DNA from: Eledone cirrhosa
Lineage: Eukaryota
NCBI GenBank assembly: GCA_964016885.1
Contig: OZ024745.1
Location: 66,526,001 to 66,590,000 of the forward strand
Direction: 5' to 3'
DNA: 64,000 bases
Every line of letters starts with the position of its first letter. The first letter of the stretch is position 1. This document shows, piece after piece, positions 1 to 15,485 of the stretch. A program made the translations under genes and the position numbers. Below the pieces are notes generated by a model, which did not search any database, had not been told where the DNA came from, and saw nothing but the letters and a program-made list of their open reading frames with translations.

Positions 1-87
1 TTTTCATCCTTACGGGGTCAATAAAATGAAGTACCAGTAATGTACTGGGTAATTGCTGGCCTTGTGCCAAAAGTAGAAACAATTATT
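1..87 (+). mobile_element. 3' part of tRNA-derived SINE (family A), cut by window edge
   Basis: TTTCATCCTTACGGGGTC...AAGTACCAGT...GCTGGCCTTGTGCCAAAAGTAGAAACAATTATT matches many other copies in the window. Confidence 0.85.
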
Positions 88-1455
88 TACATGAATGCTG
101 CTCTGAACGTATTTTCCCTGTTATGTGACGAAAATATATATGTACCAACAGTAAACCTAACAGATAATGATATTAACAAAATAATAATACAAAATATGAA
201 AAATCATAAATTTCTCGTGCTAATAAGTTATCCTTTCAATTCCTGGTGATGTAAATTGTCAGATAAGAAACTCTATTTCAAATCAGTTTTTCTGAAGTTT
301 TTGTAATGTTTATCTTCTTCCTCATGGCTCCTTCTAAAGTCATTGAACAATTTTAAGTAGATTGATTTATTATCTAACTGACTATTCTGCCAATAAACTT
401 GTTTCTAAATAGTTTTCTCTGAAATGCTAACAATGATCTTTTAAAGTATTGTTCTCATATATCTAAACTTCTAAATCACTGAACAAAAATAGTAAAGCTG
501 TTTATCGTTATCAAACAATCCATTTACATCTACTGTAGACACAAAAGTTTTGAAGATCACCCTTACATGAAGATAAATTCTGTCTTTGTTTACTTATATT
601 TATTTGGGTCACAAAGACAAATTGAAAACTGAATGTAATAAGTCAACAAGAAAAACATACAAAGAAGTGCAGCTAAGATCAATGTTATCTTCATCTTAGC
701 TAACCTAACCACCAAATGTTATTAATAATACAACGTTTGCAGCTTATATTTCACAATAATATATAGAGGTGAACTACCAAGCACAGATTTTCATTACTTT
801 CCTATGATTTTATCTTTACATTGCAAACATTTTTGAAAATTCTTTGTATACCATTAATGGAAATAGCCATGACTATGTAATTTTAACTTTTCCAAATTAT
901 CAGTTTTGATGCTTTAAACTTCAGAATCTATTATGTGGTAAATATAAGATCACATTCTACTTATAAAATATGTGGAATAATATTAAAAAACACTAATTAA
1001 AAAAAAAAAATTATGGACATGGCAGATACCAATATATATGTTAGCAAGTTAAAGTAATAATTTTACATATCAAACTGAACATAATCAAGGAAAATGGTAG
1101 AGATGGCTTCACCTTCTTCATAAGTGATTTATAACTAAAATATAGTTATAACAATAGTATATAAATTTAACTTTGTAATCCCAAAACAAAAACACTCCTA
1201 TTATGAACACCATTTTTATATTTGCACAATTCCTCAAGATGAAAATATAACTAGCTTGTGTATATTAACATATAAACAGAACCATGGCTGTGGGGTTGAG
1301 AATTTTGTTTCTTAAGCACATGGTTTTAATCACACTGCATGGTACACTGGGCCAGTGTTTTATGCTGTACCATCAGGTTAATTAATACATTATGGGCAAA
1401 TTTGAGTAAAGAAAATTTGTGCACAAGCATAAAATTCTCATTGTATATATATATA

Positions 1456-2335
<880 letters not shown>

Positions 2336-2680
2336 GGAGGCACATGGCTTAGTGGTTAGAGCATTGGCCTTGCAATTGAAAGGTTGTGAGTTCAATTCTC
2401 AGACCGGGTGATGTGTTGTTTCCTTGAGCAAGACACTTTATTTCACATTGCTCCAGTTTACTCAGCTGTAGAAATGAGATGTTAGGGACTGGGGTCCCTA
2501 TCATTCCACTGCAAAGTGGTCGTGGAGGTGCCACGGCAAAAAGCACCCACCACTCACTGTAAATGAGGTTGGTGTTAGGAAGGGCATCCAGCTGTAGAAA
2601 TCAAGCGAGAATCAGTTCCCGTCCCATCCTTGCAAGCAGGGAAAAAGCGGACGTAAAATGAAATGAAATGATGAAATGAT
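2336..2680 (+). mobile_element. tRNA-derived SINE (family B) with RTE-derived 3' tail
   Basis: A-box TGGCTTAGTGG, B-box GTTCAATTC, central CCTTGAGCAAGACACTT; 2519-2610 is nearly identical to the 3' UTR of the adjacent RTE; ends GGACGTAAAATGAAATGA. Confidence 0.85.
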
Positions 2681-3220
2681 ATATATTTATATATATTTAT
2701 AAAGAGTCAGGACCCCAACGGCTGAGCTCCGGCCGTTTCGACAGCTAGATCCGAATGCTTGTGTGTTATGGTCCATCTGGTTTCTTACCACACTTTCTTC
2801 TTTCTTTGTTATATATATACTTAATAATTCAAGGGTAAGAAATTATCTAAACGAAGGTATCCACACATGTGTGTTGAAGATTGATTCCTACCGATGGTTA
2901 GAATCAATCTACTAACAACTTTACTCTCAGAACTTCTTATGCCATGGCACCTATATAATCGTACAAACACACATATATGGATACCTTTGTCTAGACAATT
3001 GTGTTTTGAATTACTGTTACTACTGCTCCTAATAAAAATTCTTAAATTTTATATAAGCAGAGCTGAATTTAGATTCTAATAGTGACTATCTTTTGCAATT
3101 TGGTTAACTTATACTTTTGTCAGACAAGACAATAATTAATTTTCTGTATTAATCAATATTTTAATACACACACACACACACACATACACACCACACACAC
3201 ATACACACACACACATACAC

Positions 3221-3277
<57 letters not shown>

Positions 3278-6200
3278 TGTTTGTGTGTATATATGTATGT
3301 GTGTGCATGTGTGAGGCTACTTGCATGTGGGTTTGTGTGTATGTGTGCATTAGAGGGATCTGTTTATGTTTACAGTGTTCTGAAACTTGAGTTTTTTTTA
3401 TGTCCTTTAATTTAGAAGTAGCCCAAATAGAAATGGATAAAATAAATGCTAGGTAAATCTTCATGTAATCAGCTAAAATCCATAAATAGAATGTCCCTGC
3501 ATAGACACAGTCCTATGATTAAAGCCAGTAACATAATGATAGAATAATAACATAAACAAATTAGAAATGATCAAATGAGGAGACATCTACATTGTATTGG
3601 ATTGATTCTGATAGAAACAGTAACCAAATTGCTTTTCATCACTGGTTACTAACTTTAAAACAGGACACTCTGGACAATGTTATCGTAGATATACTAAAAG
3701 ATAGGACCATCACATCTAGGAAGCATCTGATCATAAGTTAGCACACTCAGGGCTGATTTGGTCTACAAAACAACATCAAATGTTCAAATAACAAAAAAAA
3801 AGAAATTTAGTCTTCTTACAAACATAGTTAAAATAGGTTTGGTATTTACCGGAGAGGAACTATATCAGAGAGTGATCAAAAAGTAGAGAGAGATGAGTTA
3901 ACGAGATATGCTATTTAGTGAAACTTTGTTCTATGTCCCTTAAGTATAAACAAAGACTTCATGAAAAATATTTGTATATCTACATTTTTCATCCCAGAAA
4001 GCATAACAAACATTAAATTGAAACATTCATAACCAGTTGCTGCAATTATATATTTGCTCTTTCATATAACATTTTATTCTTCACAGACATCTATTAATAA
4101 ATGTTAATTATGTATCGGCATTTGATTTCATAATAATAAGCTTCAGGTGTCTCATTTAGCATTTAGATCTATCATTCTAAACTTGGTATGCCTTTTACTA
4201 CTGTTCATTTTCATTATATCTCTATACCATTACACACTTCTAGATAGACAGGGATATAATGATATGTTGTTTTTAGAATCTTTTTTGATTTATCTTATCT
4301 TTCAAATTATACAGCCAACAATTACCTAAGTTTTTATTTTGTGATTTGTTGTAGATCCTGCCAAACAAAATTTCATTTATAAGAAGAAGTAATATTCTCC
4401 TCACTAAATTCAGAAATATCTTTAAACTCTCTTAATTCCACTCCAGTATACATTATATCACATAGGTAACAGAACGTATCTTATCTATGAAATCTGTGAC
4501 ATTTAGTTCTTAATTGCCTCTATTGTTTATTTAGATTTATCTCTATTTGTAGTAGGCTCTCATTCTGCCCTTACCCTTATATTTAGTATGCATAATTTTA
4601 ATCTATATAATCAAAGATTATATCAATTAAACAAAAAAAAATGAAAAAGAAAATAAGACGAAACAGTAAGCAAAAGACAAAATATCTAATTAACTTTTAT
4701 AACAGAACAAATAATTTTTCTCATACATGTAGGAATATAATTAATCTAAGTAGTTATTGCAGAAATGTTATCTCAGAATATACTCAACATATTTCTCTGT
4801 TTTTCTGCAGATCTAAATCAATATACAGTGTAACACCTGTTACATGCTAGAAGAGAACTGTTTGTTGGTAAATTCAAAATATATCAATTAACTCATGTGT
4901 AAAAAAATATAAATAAAATCCTAAAGATAAGATTAAAGGTTCAATCAACTTTTACTTGTGTATTAATTATTTTTCTATTCCTTTTACATTCTAACTATTA
5001 TGCTTTGATAACAACTACCACTATCACTGAATATATTACACAGTTATCAGAAATTACGTGCCATATCTAGTGACTCACTCGAGTGGTTCACAGGCTTTAT
5101 TTCATGGTTAATTCTAATGGGGAATATATAGTCTCTCAAAATTTCAACCAAATCTCTCTTAATTCCCACCCTACCAATTGAAATAAAGGACACATTAGAT
5201 GGCATAGTGCTAGATGCAAAGCTCCTGACAAACATATTGGATAGTTATGGCTGGAATACCTTTTATCAGAGGTATATTTGATAAAAACAAACTTGAAGCA
5301 ATTCTCGTATTTAAAATCATGACTTTCAGTTGGCCTGACTGATTTAACTATCATTCCAACTTGTACTGAATACACAGTATAGAGTTCATATAAAGCAGCA
5401 TGTTCAATGTCAGACTTGTAAACTTTAGAGTAGTAATATTTCCATCAAAATCTTTAAAAAGAACCAATTATCCAATTATCAATAAATATTTGTTTAGTGT
5501 ATTTTGTTTTTGAAATAACTTCAATTCAAGGGGACCTATGCTTAATATTTATAATGTTTATGCCTGGCATTTGGCCTCTGTAGTTCTATTATATCACTTG
5601 ACTTTAAAAAGTCTTTTCGACAACTCCTCTGTACTACTTGATAACTTAATTGACACAGGAACTGCCAAACCAGCTCCATCATACCAATTTTTATCCGGTT
5701 GTATTGCAGGAAAATCTTTTACATCTTTTATATCTTTATTCATACAAAATGAATTGCATATGTAATTTTTCTTTCTTTTCCTCATTTACTTTTTGAGGTT
5801 TTATTGTTATCTGAATCATCAGAGACACAGAATGAATACATTTTCCGTTTCAACTTTTTTCCTGCATTAAATCTATTTCATACTGAATAAGATCAATACT
5901 AGTGCCATTCATTCGATTATCATATATATCTCAATTCTTTGGCTTTGCCACGCCACATCGTTTTGGTACCATTTTCGATATTATATTGAACATTATACCA
6001 ATGAATTAATATTAAATTAATAATACCTGTGAAAATACAGCCACCTAGTTGTTTAATAGATAAAAGACTGATCCATAGTTCAAACTTTCAAAGCTCTAAG
6101 ATCAAAGTACAAGTTAATGCATTGTATTTCTGAGTTGACTGGTCAATATAGAGTTGATGTTCTTAAACATCTGCTGAAATTATTGATACTGCAGCATTCA

Positions 6201-6576
6201 AAGTTTTAGAATTTTTCCAACATTGGGTTATTATTTTATTGTAATTTCTTATAACCTGCTAAAATAGGAGCTATATATATATATATATTTCATAGTCGGT
6301 TAAAAGGTGAAATGGCTTCCATTTATAAGTCAGGAAAATCTCTGAATTTGCAGGCTCACCTACCCTTGTTAGAATAGCAAGTAGAATAAGACTACTCCTC
6401 AAACATATATATATGTAAATATAAGAATGTTTCAAAATAATTAACAACAAATATTGTTAGTGAAAAAAGGGAAAGAATATGGTGATAGATTCAAACATTA
6501 CTACAGCCACGGTATTGTGACCATAACTTTATTTATTCTAGTTGGATGTCTCTGAAATTTTCTATGCAACGTTCAA

Positions 6577-6797
6577 TGAGAGAGAGAGAGTGGGAGATAG
6601 AGAAAGACAGATGGGGGAGGCAGATAGAGAGTGTTGGAGAGGTAGTGAGAAAGAGAGTGGGAGAGAGAGAGTGGGAGAGGCAGAGAAGGATTGAGAGAGA
6701 GTGGAAGAAAGAGACATTGAGGGAGATGGTGAGAAAAATTGAGGGAAAGAGAAAGAGGGATTGAGAGCGGGAAAGTGATTAAGAGAGAGAGAGGGAA
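6577..6797. repeat. Degenerate (GA)n purine-rich microsatellite
   Basis: Direct inspection. Confidence 0.9.
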
Positions 6798-7084
6798 ATA
6801 TTGTTTCATTTATATATATAACTTGATTCAATTTAGATATTTCCCTTGTTAGTCGATGTCTGTGCATGATAAATTTGAATAAGATATTTGATGTGGAACA
6901 TTAAACCCTATGTTCAAGTGGTAACCATTGGATTTAATATCATGAATCCAGCAAAATGACCTATATATAAAATTAGCTTCTATTCTAATGAATTGTATTG
7001 TATTGGCTTCCAGCTATTACTTCCAACATATCTTAACTCATTTGTGGGAGCAAGCAAAACAGTCATCAAATATACATTAGTCTC

Positions 7085-9340
7085 ATTCCTTACAATTAAG
7101 TTATCTACTTAGCCATTGTAGATAATTTCCTCACCCATCGTCCCACTAACATTGTTAACTAGGTCATTTAGCCAACAAAATGTGTCAACAACCTGTAGGT
7201 AGACTCCTAGGCAGTTGAAGGAATTTTTTTCACACTTGATCTCAGTGTTTATTTCACCCCATATATCTGCTGCTTACAAAGCCTATGTTCTCTATCAACC
7301 TGTCTATAATCCCATTAGCTATCATGTGTATCTAAAGATTACACCATAATGTGCACTTTCTGCTTGTACCTTTGAGACATGTCCAAACAAGTCCAAGTAC
7401 TTGACAGTATCAAGTTTCTATCCTCCTTCTCATATTTCGAGTTCTTAATCTTCATCTTTGCCAAGCTAACTGTAAGCCTCTTGGCTACAGATTCCTACTC
7501 ACTGTCTCTAAGTTTGATTCCAGCTAAAAATATACAAATGTAAAGATGTGTAGCAAAGTCATTAAAATTTCAAACAACTAAGTGCAGTGGCCATATTCGA
7601 TTACTAGCTGTGTGTATTCTCCATAGACTTGACAGATAAGTAATATCACTTATGTCTATTTAGTTGCAATATACTTCTAAGCAGCATGCATCACCTGATT
7701 CAATATGCAAGTGACTAACTCACCTACTTCAGTAGTTGATTTCAGCATCTCAGCATTTATCTCTGACAGTTCAGCAGATGGTCTATTTTCAATTCTCTGA
7801 ATGCTTCTTTGACCCTGTAACTGTCAACTTTGATAGCAGACTCCTTTGTTAAGTCTACTTCGGGGACTCCCTCTTCCTTCTACATATTCTCCATGCTCAA
7901 TCTTTCATGTTTCCAATTCTCATTATTCAGTTGGTAAGTGTGCTGGTGATTTTTCAAAACATGTTTCTCTAACGATTCACTGATTGTCACTGACATACTG
8001 CTTTCAAATGTAGAACACCTTATGCCTCTGATCTTGATATCACAGAACACTGTCAAACTCCTTTCAGCTTTTTGCATTCAATTTAACTCTGCCATCTAAC
8101 TTCTGAGTTTCAACACCCTGTAGGATGAATAACAAAACTCACAAAGGGTGGAGGAACTCATGGGAGTCAATACCCATCCAACAGTGTGTACATATGTATA
8201 TATTGTGTTCAGTTGTGTGTAAATATGTATGTTAATTTATGCATATGCAGAGCTGTAGTAGATTTCACTGGTTGGCACTGGATGGTCTTTTGTGGCATCT
8301 CCCTGTGTACCAGTGTTTGTTCAACATGCCACTCAGTGAATTGATGACATGCAGTATATGCTCATTCTAGCTGAGCACCTAGCCTCTCACTTTGAATGCT
8401 GACCTGTGTGATGAAACGATTCAGCCAACACGCCATGTCTCTGATATGGCTATCATTAGATAGTCTAGCAGAACAAGTCAGATTTAGAGGTGTAAGCCCC
8501 GATAAAAATCCTGCATGTCTCATAGTAAGCAGTAGTTCATGCAATTATCAGTTTAATTAGATGACTTCAGTGTCGTGAACACCAGTGGATTTAGAGATGA
8601 TTGATTATTAATTCGACAATGGGTTGGAGAAATCTATGAGTATGTAGGGGGCGGGGGTGGGGGGCTGCATATATTTTAGCCATTAGAAAAAGCAGAAGCT
8701 TCACCTTTCATGGAGGGATGACTCAAGAAGAAGTACTAGCTTCTCATTTTGCTACATGATAATGCTTGCTACTCCCATTTTTCCAAATTTTGTTTGCCCC
8801 AGCCATAGATCTCATCAGTGGTTTGCAGTAGGTTGTCCCATAGGAACTTTGAATTATCTTCTATGTGAATGGTATCTACCTTCTCCTTCATATTGGACAC
8901 ATCATGTAAAGCATTTATGAACTTATATTGAACAGAAAGATCTTTTAGCTTCCATATCTTCATTCTACAGATTTTACTGCATTTCTCATTTCCTCTAGTT
9001 TCTGTTCTCACAGATAACTAACTTATGTTGGGGGTGGTTAGATTCTTCTCTAAGGATGAACTTAGCGTTCATAAGCATCTGTCTATCCTATATTCTAATG
9101 AGCAAGATGGCTGTCCATTTGCATCCCAGATTTCTAAGAGCTTTGATTCCTCTAAGTTTCTCAAGCCATATCCATAGACACCATACTATTCAAGGGAGCT
9201 AGCCTTGTGTTGATCAATATATCCATTGAACTATATACCAGGATTATGAAGTTGTCATCTATTATAGAAGTTAGCTGTAAGATGTCCTCATAGAAACAGT
9301 ATTTTTCTTCTTTACTTAATAAAGAAGAGATAAATATTGT
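7085..9340 (-). mobile_element. Old, fragmented RTE LINE (endonuclease and RT remnants) with internal insertions
   Basis: Degenerate peptides EEKYCFYEDILQL (9161-9340), KIWKLKD...LLQTTDEIYGW (8769-9011), LTVSLAKMK (~7460-7490), LQVVDTFC (~7175-7200); many stops and frameshifts. Confidence 0.65.
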
Positions 9341-9391
9341 CATCAATAAAGAAGAGATAAACATTGTCATTATATTGCTTATGACTATTCT

Positions 9392-9812
9392 CATCATCAT
9401 CATCGTTTTTACACCCACTTTTCCACGCCGGCACGGGTTGGACGGGTCAGTCGCAGCATGGTATTTCTCCACATGTCACAATCCTTTGCCATCTCCTCTG
9501 TGAGACTCAGTGATTTGAGGTCAACTCTCACAACCTCTGCCCAGGTCTTTTTGTGTCTGCCCATACCACAACTTCCTTCCACTGGCATTTCCTCGAACTT
9601 CTTCACCCATTGGTCATTGTCCATGCACATCACATGTCAAACCAATGCAGTCTTCACTCCTGCAAACTACCTAGGATTCTTCTTAAACCCAGCTTCTCTT
9701 TCAACTTGTCCAAGCTCTGCCTCTATCTCTCACATTTACATTGCACATTCAATGGTGCATGGTTGCTTCATTTCTCTCCAGTCTACACATGTTGACTGCA
9801 CTTGATAATTCT
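9392..9812 (-). mobile_element. RTE LINE 3' fragment
   Basis: VEGSCGMGRHKKTWAEVVRVDL...DMWR; ends AAAACGATGATGATGATG. Confidence 0.88.
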
Positions 9813-12800
9813 ATAATGTACCCTAATTACCTGAGTTGCCCTATCTACCCATTTCTCAGCTATTAAAATGTCTACATCTGCCCACTTAATATTTCCTACC
9901 AAGAAGAACATATATCTATACTACACACAGTACCTCTACTTGCATCTGATAAAGCAATTCCACAATTTCCCATATTTACCTAAAAAATTTGAAAGTCATT
10001 TTCTTTTTGTAGCAGCTTTCTGTACCTGAATTTTGTTGAGGGGTTCTCGTACAGGGCTATGGTGTGTAGCATAACATATATGCAAATGAATAGATGCATA
10101 TAGCTCACAGAATACTGTAAGATTTCACACAGTATAAACCTACATTCAGTATCTTCTAATTCCACCCAGCCCCTACTCCCTCATCCCCCACCACACACAC
10201 AACTATGGAGATTATTGCACTTATTTTAAGAATATATACCTTTTCAAGCAGACAAGTAAACCTATGAACTCAAAGGAATGGTTGGAAATCCTCCAAGAAA
10301 TAATGCCAAGCCTCTCAGTGCTAAGCTAATAAATCAAAGAAGCTCTTGATAATCATTAGATTTCTGCTGCCTTGATGGAATTGTTTTTTTCAGAATGAAA
10401 ATATATAATTATTGACTGCTTTTCACATAGACATATCGTTCCAATATTTGTGGAGTGCTGATTCGGTGAATGCATACAATCTTAAACATTTTTTCAGCTA
10501 AAAATCTATAGTTTGTCAGACATTTAACATGAACTTCAAAAATATGTTCCTGTTCACAAAACATCTAAATAACTTCCCTACATTCATCTGCAAAAAGAAT
10601 TTCCTAGGTTAAGGAAGTAACATTTACTTAAAAACTAAATATAAAATAATGAAACAAAAATCAAATATTAGAAGGAAGATATATGTACAATTATATAAAA
10701 TATATTTAAAATATCATTTTATTCTAAAGACACATATTCAAGGTCAGTTACTAATATACTACTGCATTGTTTGTATATATTTCATAGTTTGTTTCTGATA
10801 ACAGTATAGACATTATATATTGTTGTAGTTGTTTAGTATAGATCAACTCGGAAAAGCAACTAAAACCATATCAGTTGTGATCATTTTTCTTTTAAAGCGT
10901 ATCTAGAACTACATTAGTAAACGTGTTCTTACTTTTTTAAGACAGTAGAATGTGATTTAAGTGCTGCTATTAGCTGGGCAAATGACTATCTAGACACTCC
11001 CTTGATGGCTGTAAATGACATTTGTTTTATATTCCAAAGTATATATTTTCGATTTTTCTTCTTTACTTGGACCTCTTTTATTTCTGTTTCTCCTATGTGA
11101 TCCTGTCTCTATTTTTATATACCTGACAAAGGGCTTAAGCCCGATACATCAAGCTTTCTTTCCCCTCTTCCATATAAAGTGTGAAATGAATAAGACATTT
11201 TGTATCTCTGTTTGTTGTCTCCTTGAAGTATATCTAAACATTATAGCAGTTGCACTTCAAAAGAGCTGCTGAACTGTTTATGTCCTTATTTCAATTTAAG
11301 GAGATTGAAACCTTTCTAGACTATGTCTAATCTTATATCTTATGGATGTCCATGATAACATTCAATTTAGTCCTGCATATATCAAATTCTCATTGTTTTG
11401 TTGATGCCAGTGTTGCTGTACTTAATCTTCAGATTAGTCTAGCTTGACCAAACCAATGATCAACAGAATTCCAGCCGTAACCATCCCATCATAGTGTATC
11501 TGCGTTTATATTATTCACTGTGCCCTTCTTTTAAGAGATTAAGGTAGCATTTGAGGGTTGTCTGGCTATTATTTCTAACATGCTTAGTAATAAGCTTCTT
11601 TGCAATTCCTTGTTCATCCTGTTGATGATGTTGACAATGAGAACAAATCAGTGATGACACTTCTTGTATTCCTAATCATCAAACTCATCATCATCATCAT
11701 CATTTTAATGACTTTTTCCTGTTAGTAAGGGTTGGATGGGTTTACATAGACCAATTCAATACTGAAGCAGAGCCAGTGATCTACCAGACAAGCCAGAGAT
11801 TTGTGTCTTAATTTATTAATGGATTTACTACTTCTGGAATTTAGTATATCCTTTTTAAAATGTAACGTTTGATTAAGAGGCACTTGAAAGCTAGAATTAT
11901 ATCCTTTTAAAACAATTCTAAAATCTCCTCTCTTATCATCTAAAATTTTCCTCAAATGTGATCTGACAATATAATTAAATAAGAATATATATATAATTCT
12001 TGGGAAAATGTATGTAGTGTTCTCAAATAATGTTAGAGTTCAATGAATAAGATATTTCAATAAAATCAGTGTATTAACAATGTGCCATTGCACTGACAGA
12101 AAATATTTATTATATAAATTATTAAAACTAAATATTTGAAGTGCTTAATTCCACAGCTTTACCTCATTAGTTGAAACGTATTTTAGTTCTCTCTACATTT
12201 CACACCTCAGGTTTTCATAAAACAATTATCAGTTGTATACCAAGAAGGATCCAATCTGCTTAGCAACTTTTACTATAAAGACATTTAATGCATGCATGAG
12301 TTCCCCAGACAACATACAATCTGTGACATAGTTTTGTTTGATCATTGAATCAACATACATTTAATATTATACTTAAGGCATTCAGTTAACAAACTTCTGT
12401 AGATAAAAGTTGAAACATCTTGTTGTGAAATACTTCTTTATTGAATTCTTAACAGAAATTAGTACATTATTTGAATACATTACATATACGTTTTGAAGAA
12501 CTATATTTTTATTTAATTTTTATTTAAGATGATGTTTGATGAAAATTACTCTTACGTCATAAGAGAATAGATGCAGAATTTCAAACTCCTTTATGAGGAA
12601 AGCATTTTATTTTTAAGACTTTCTTAATTGAAAGTCATCTTTTAAAAATGATATGATAATATTGCAGAATTAATTACATTTATATCTTTTACAGCAGGAT
12701 ATTAATTCCTCTGAAGATGATTTCATTTCTTTGCTATATTCCCTTATAACTCTTTGAAGTATGTCAGTAAGATTTTAAAATTTCCTTTTTTTTTATGGTT

Positions 12801-14234
12801 AAACAATTGTAACTATTCTGTTTCCTAACATTTTTACTGGTGTAATAAATTGAATTTATTTAAATTCGTCAATTTTACTGCAGACAGTTAAATTCTGTTG
12901 CATCATTATTGCAACTCTGTTGCATCATTATTTTTCAGCAAACTGGAAACACATTTCACTATATTAAAATACTCATGAAATTTTGCTTTCATCATCAATA
13001 TTTAAGCTAATATTTAGAAAGACCTTTTCTCCATAACATATTTCTAATGAAACACACAGCATTTCAATTAATTGATGAAGAATTGTGAGGGATTTACTAA
13101 AGATATTAATTATTTCATTACTAAGTTAGTAAATTAATATCTGGTTCTTTTATAAAATTATGTTGGAAAAATTTAAATTAAATAAAAAACCTTTGAAATG
13201 GTTGATTTTATTTTATAAATCCCGTGGCAGTTTTGGGTAGATGAGTATCAAAAGGAATTAAGTAGAGTGCACCATACTAAAGAAACTCAAGGATCATATG
13301 GCAATATTCAACCAAGTACTTGAAATGTTTTGCTCAGCCCAAGGCCATGTAACACAAGCTGCCACACACTGGGATTGAACTCAAAACCAAATAATTCCAA
13401 ATCAACAACATAAATACACAGCCATATGATTATTATTTCAATATAATTTTGTATTCTTTCATCTCTTTCTACCATAATCTGTTCATATATCTTCAGCAGG
13501 CACATAGACATTGATTTTTATGTGTTTATTGTATTTGTCTACACCAAACAACTCTTGTTGATTCTGATCTAATGTTAAAATTATATCTCGCTTGATGTCT
13601 TATGTAATACTATGGCATATATTCTTAATGACGAACTTGTCCTTAATCCTATTTAACATTCCACAGAAGTATTATAATCTCTTGGTTTTAAAGAATTATG
13701 AATTCATGTGTGTGTGTGTGTGCTTGCATGCTTGTTTGTGTGTTTGCATGCTTGTGTGTGTGTAATTGTGCATTTGTCTGCGTGTGTGTATGTATGTCTA
13801 TGTGTGTATGGTGGTTGATTCTGGTTATTTTTCTATACAGATATTCTCGATAATCTTTACATACTTGCCAGCTTTCATATCCAATAGTAATGCATAATAA
13901 GCTGTTCTGCTAATTTTCTTTTTATTGGGAATATCCTTTCCTAGATGCCATGTTATATTTGATCTTTATCTAATATTTTCTGCACCAAGACCTAGCCTGG
14001 TCTTAGCCTCATCTCACAACTACAGAATCCATTCTAATACGATTTATATGTGATAATAACGAAACTTCTATTCAAGGGAATTAGGATAGAAAATCTATCC
14101 CTTCAACTTGTTAAAAGTATACTATAAACTGTTTAACTTACATTCTTATATTTAAATTATGTGACTTAATCAGATCTTATCTTTTCTATTTGACAACTTT
14201 ATATTCTGCAGTTTATTATATTCTATTGATTCAA

Positions 14235-14293
<59 letters not shown>

Positions 14294-14295
14294 CA

Positions 14296-14832
14296 TAGAG
14301 GTGGCCCAAAAGTCACACAGGGGTCGCAACTGTTTATAATTTTTTTTATTTTATAATATTTCTCCTTTCTTTTCAGGAATTATATGAACTACGCCTGGGA
14401 AATTAATTCTGGAAGAATACAGCACCGAGCAACGCACTCAAGTTGTGAAATTCTTCTACCAAAATCAGGGGATGATAATTCAGACCCAGAGAGCATATCG
14501 GCGACACTATCGAGTGAGAGATGCTCCTAGTGACAGTGCGATTAGGAAATTGGTTAATCGTTTCGAAGAGCAAGGAGTAGTAAGTAATCAATAGAGAAAT
14601 CAGGGAAGTGGTACCTGAAACTCTTGCAGCTGTTATGGAGCACGTTATGGAAAGCGCACGGTTGAGTGAAACCGAAAAAGATGTAATTTTTCATAAGTAA
14701 TGTAGATGTGTGACAAGGATTGATGAGTGCAAAGTAATTTCCATTATCTCCTTTAATATTTAATAAATCAATCTGTACAATTCAGAAAGTTAACAAAAAC
14801 TAAAACCCCTGTGTGACGTTTGGGCCACCCTG
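14296..14832 (+). mobile_element. Internally deleted Tc1/mariner-superfamily transposon (DUF4817-like N-terminus)
   Basis: TIRs GGTGGCCCAAAAGTCACACAGGGG / CCCCTGTGTGACGTTTGGGCCACCCTG, TA at right end; peptide YSTEQRTQVVKFFYQN...TQRAYRRHYRVRDAPSDSAIRKLVNRFEEQG joined to a C-terminal remnant. Confidence 0.88.
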
Positions 14833-15289
14833 TATATATATATATATATATATGCGTGAAATTAATAAACATTCGTTGTACTGCCTCTCTGTTTTGTTCC
14901 TGTTCAAATTTTTCCATTATATATATATATGCTAGTATGTGAAGTAAGTGTTTTCTTTATTCTTTTGGATGAAGATTCCAGATTCCCACCTATTATTAAA
15001 CCCCTAAATACAACATCAAAATGACGTTTGAATGATCTACAAAAGCGAGGAATGCACAAAATCTATTCTACATAAATATGTGACACAAAACATATTAAAC
15101 AAAGATCGTCGCCATTTCAAACACTAACATTATGAATTTCTCAAACTTAAATCCAGGAGATTGGCATATACTCTAGGTGTTCTGATAACCAGCACATCTA
15201 AAGGAATCTGCTTCTATATAACCAAAGCAAGATATATTCAAAACCACTCTTCGTACAAATGCGAAGTAATGACAGTTAGGGTTATATAT

Positions 15290-15485
15290 GCACAATGCCA
15301 GTCATTTGAAGGGGAGAAAAACGTCGATTAAATCGACTCCAGTGTGTAACTGGTGGTTTATTTTATCGACTCCGTAAGAATTGAAAAGCAAAGCTAACCT
15401 CGGCGGGATTTAAACTCAGAATGTACATGCCATAACTTTGTTCTGTAAAGCATGTTGTCGGATGTTCTACCGATGCTGCCAATCC
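15290..15485 (-). mobile_element. SINE family A, diverged copy
   Basis: Reverse complement of CTGAGTTTAAATCCCGCCGAGGTTAGCTTTGCTTTTC...GTCGATAAAAT. Confidence 0.8.

Noticed and set aside
2336-2410. tRNA gene
   Set aside because: A/B boxes are present, but there is no full cloverleaf and it runs into a SINE body and LINE tail
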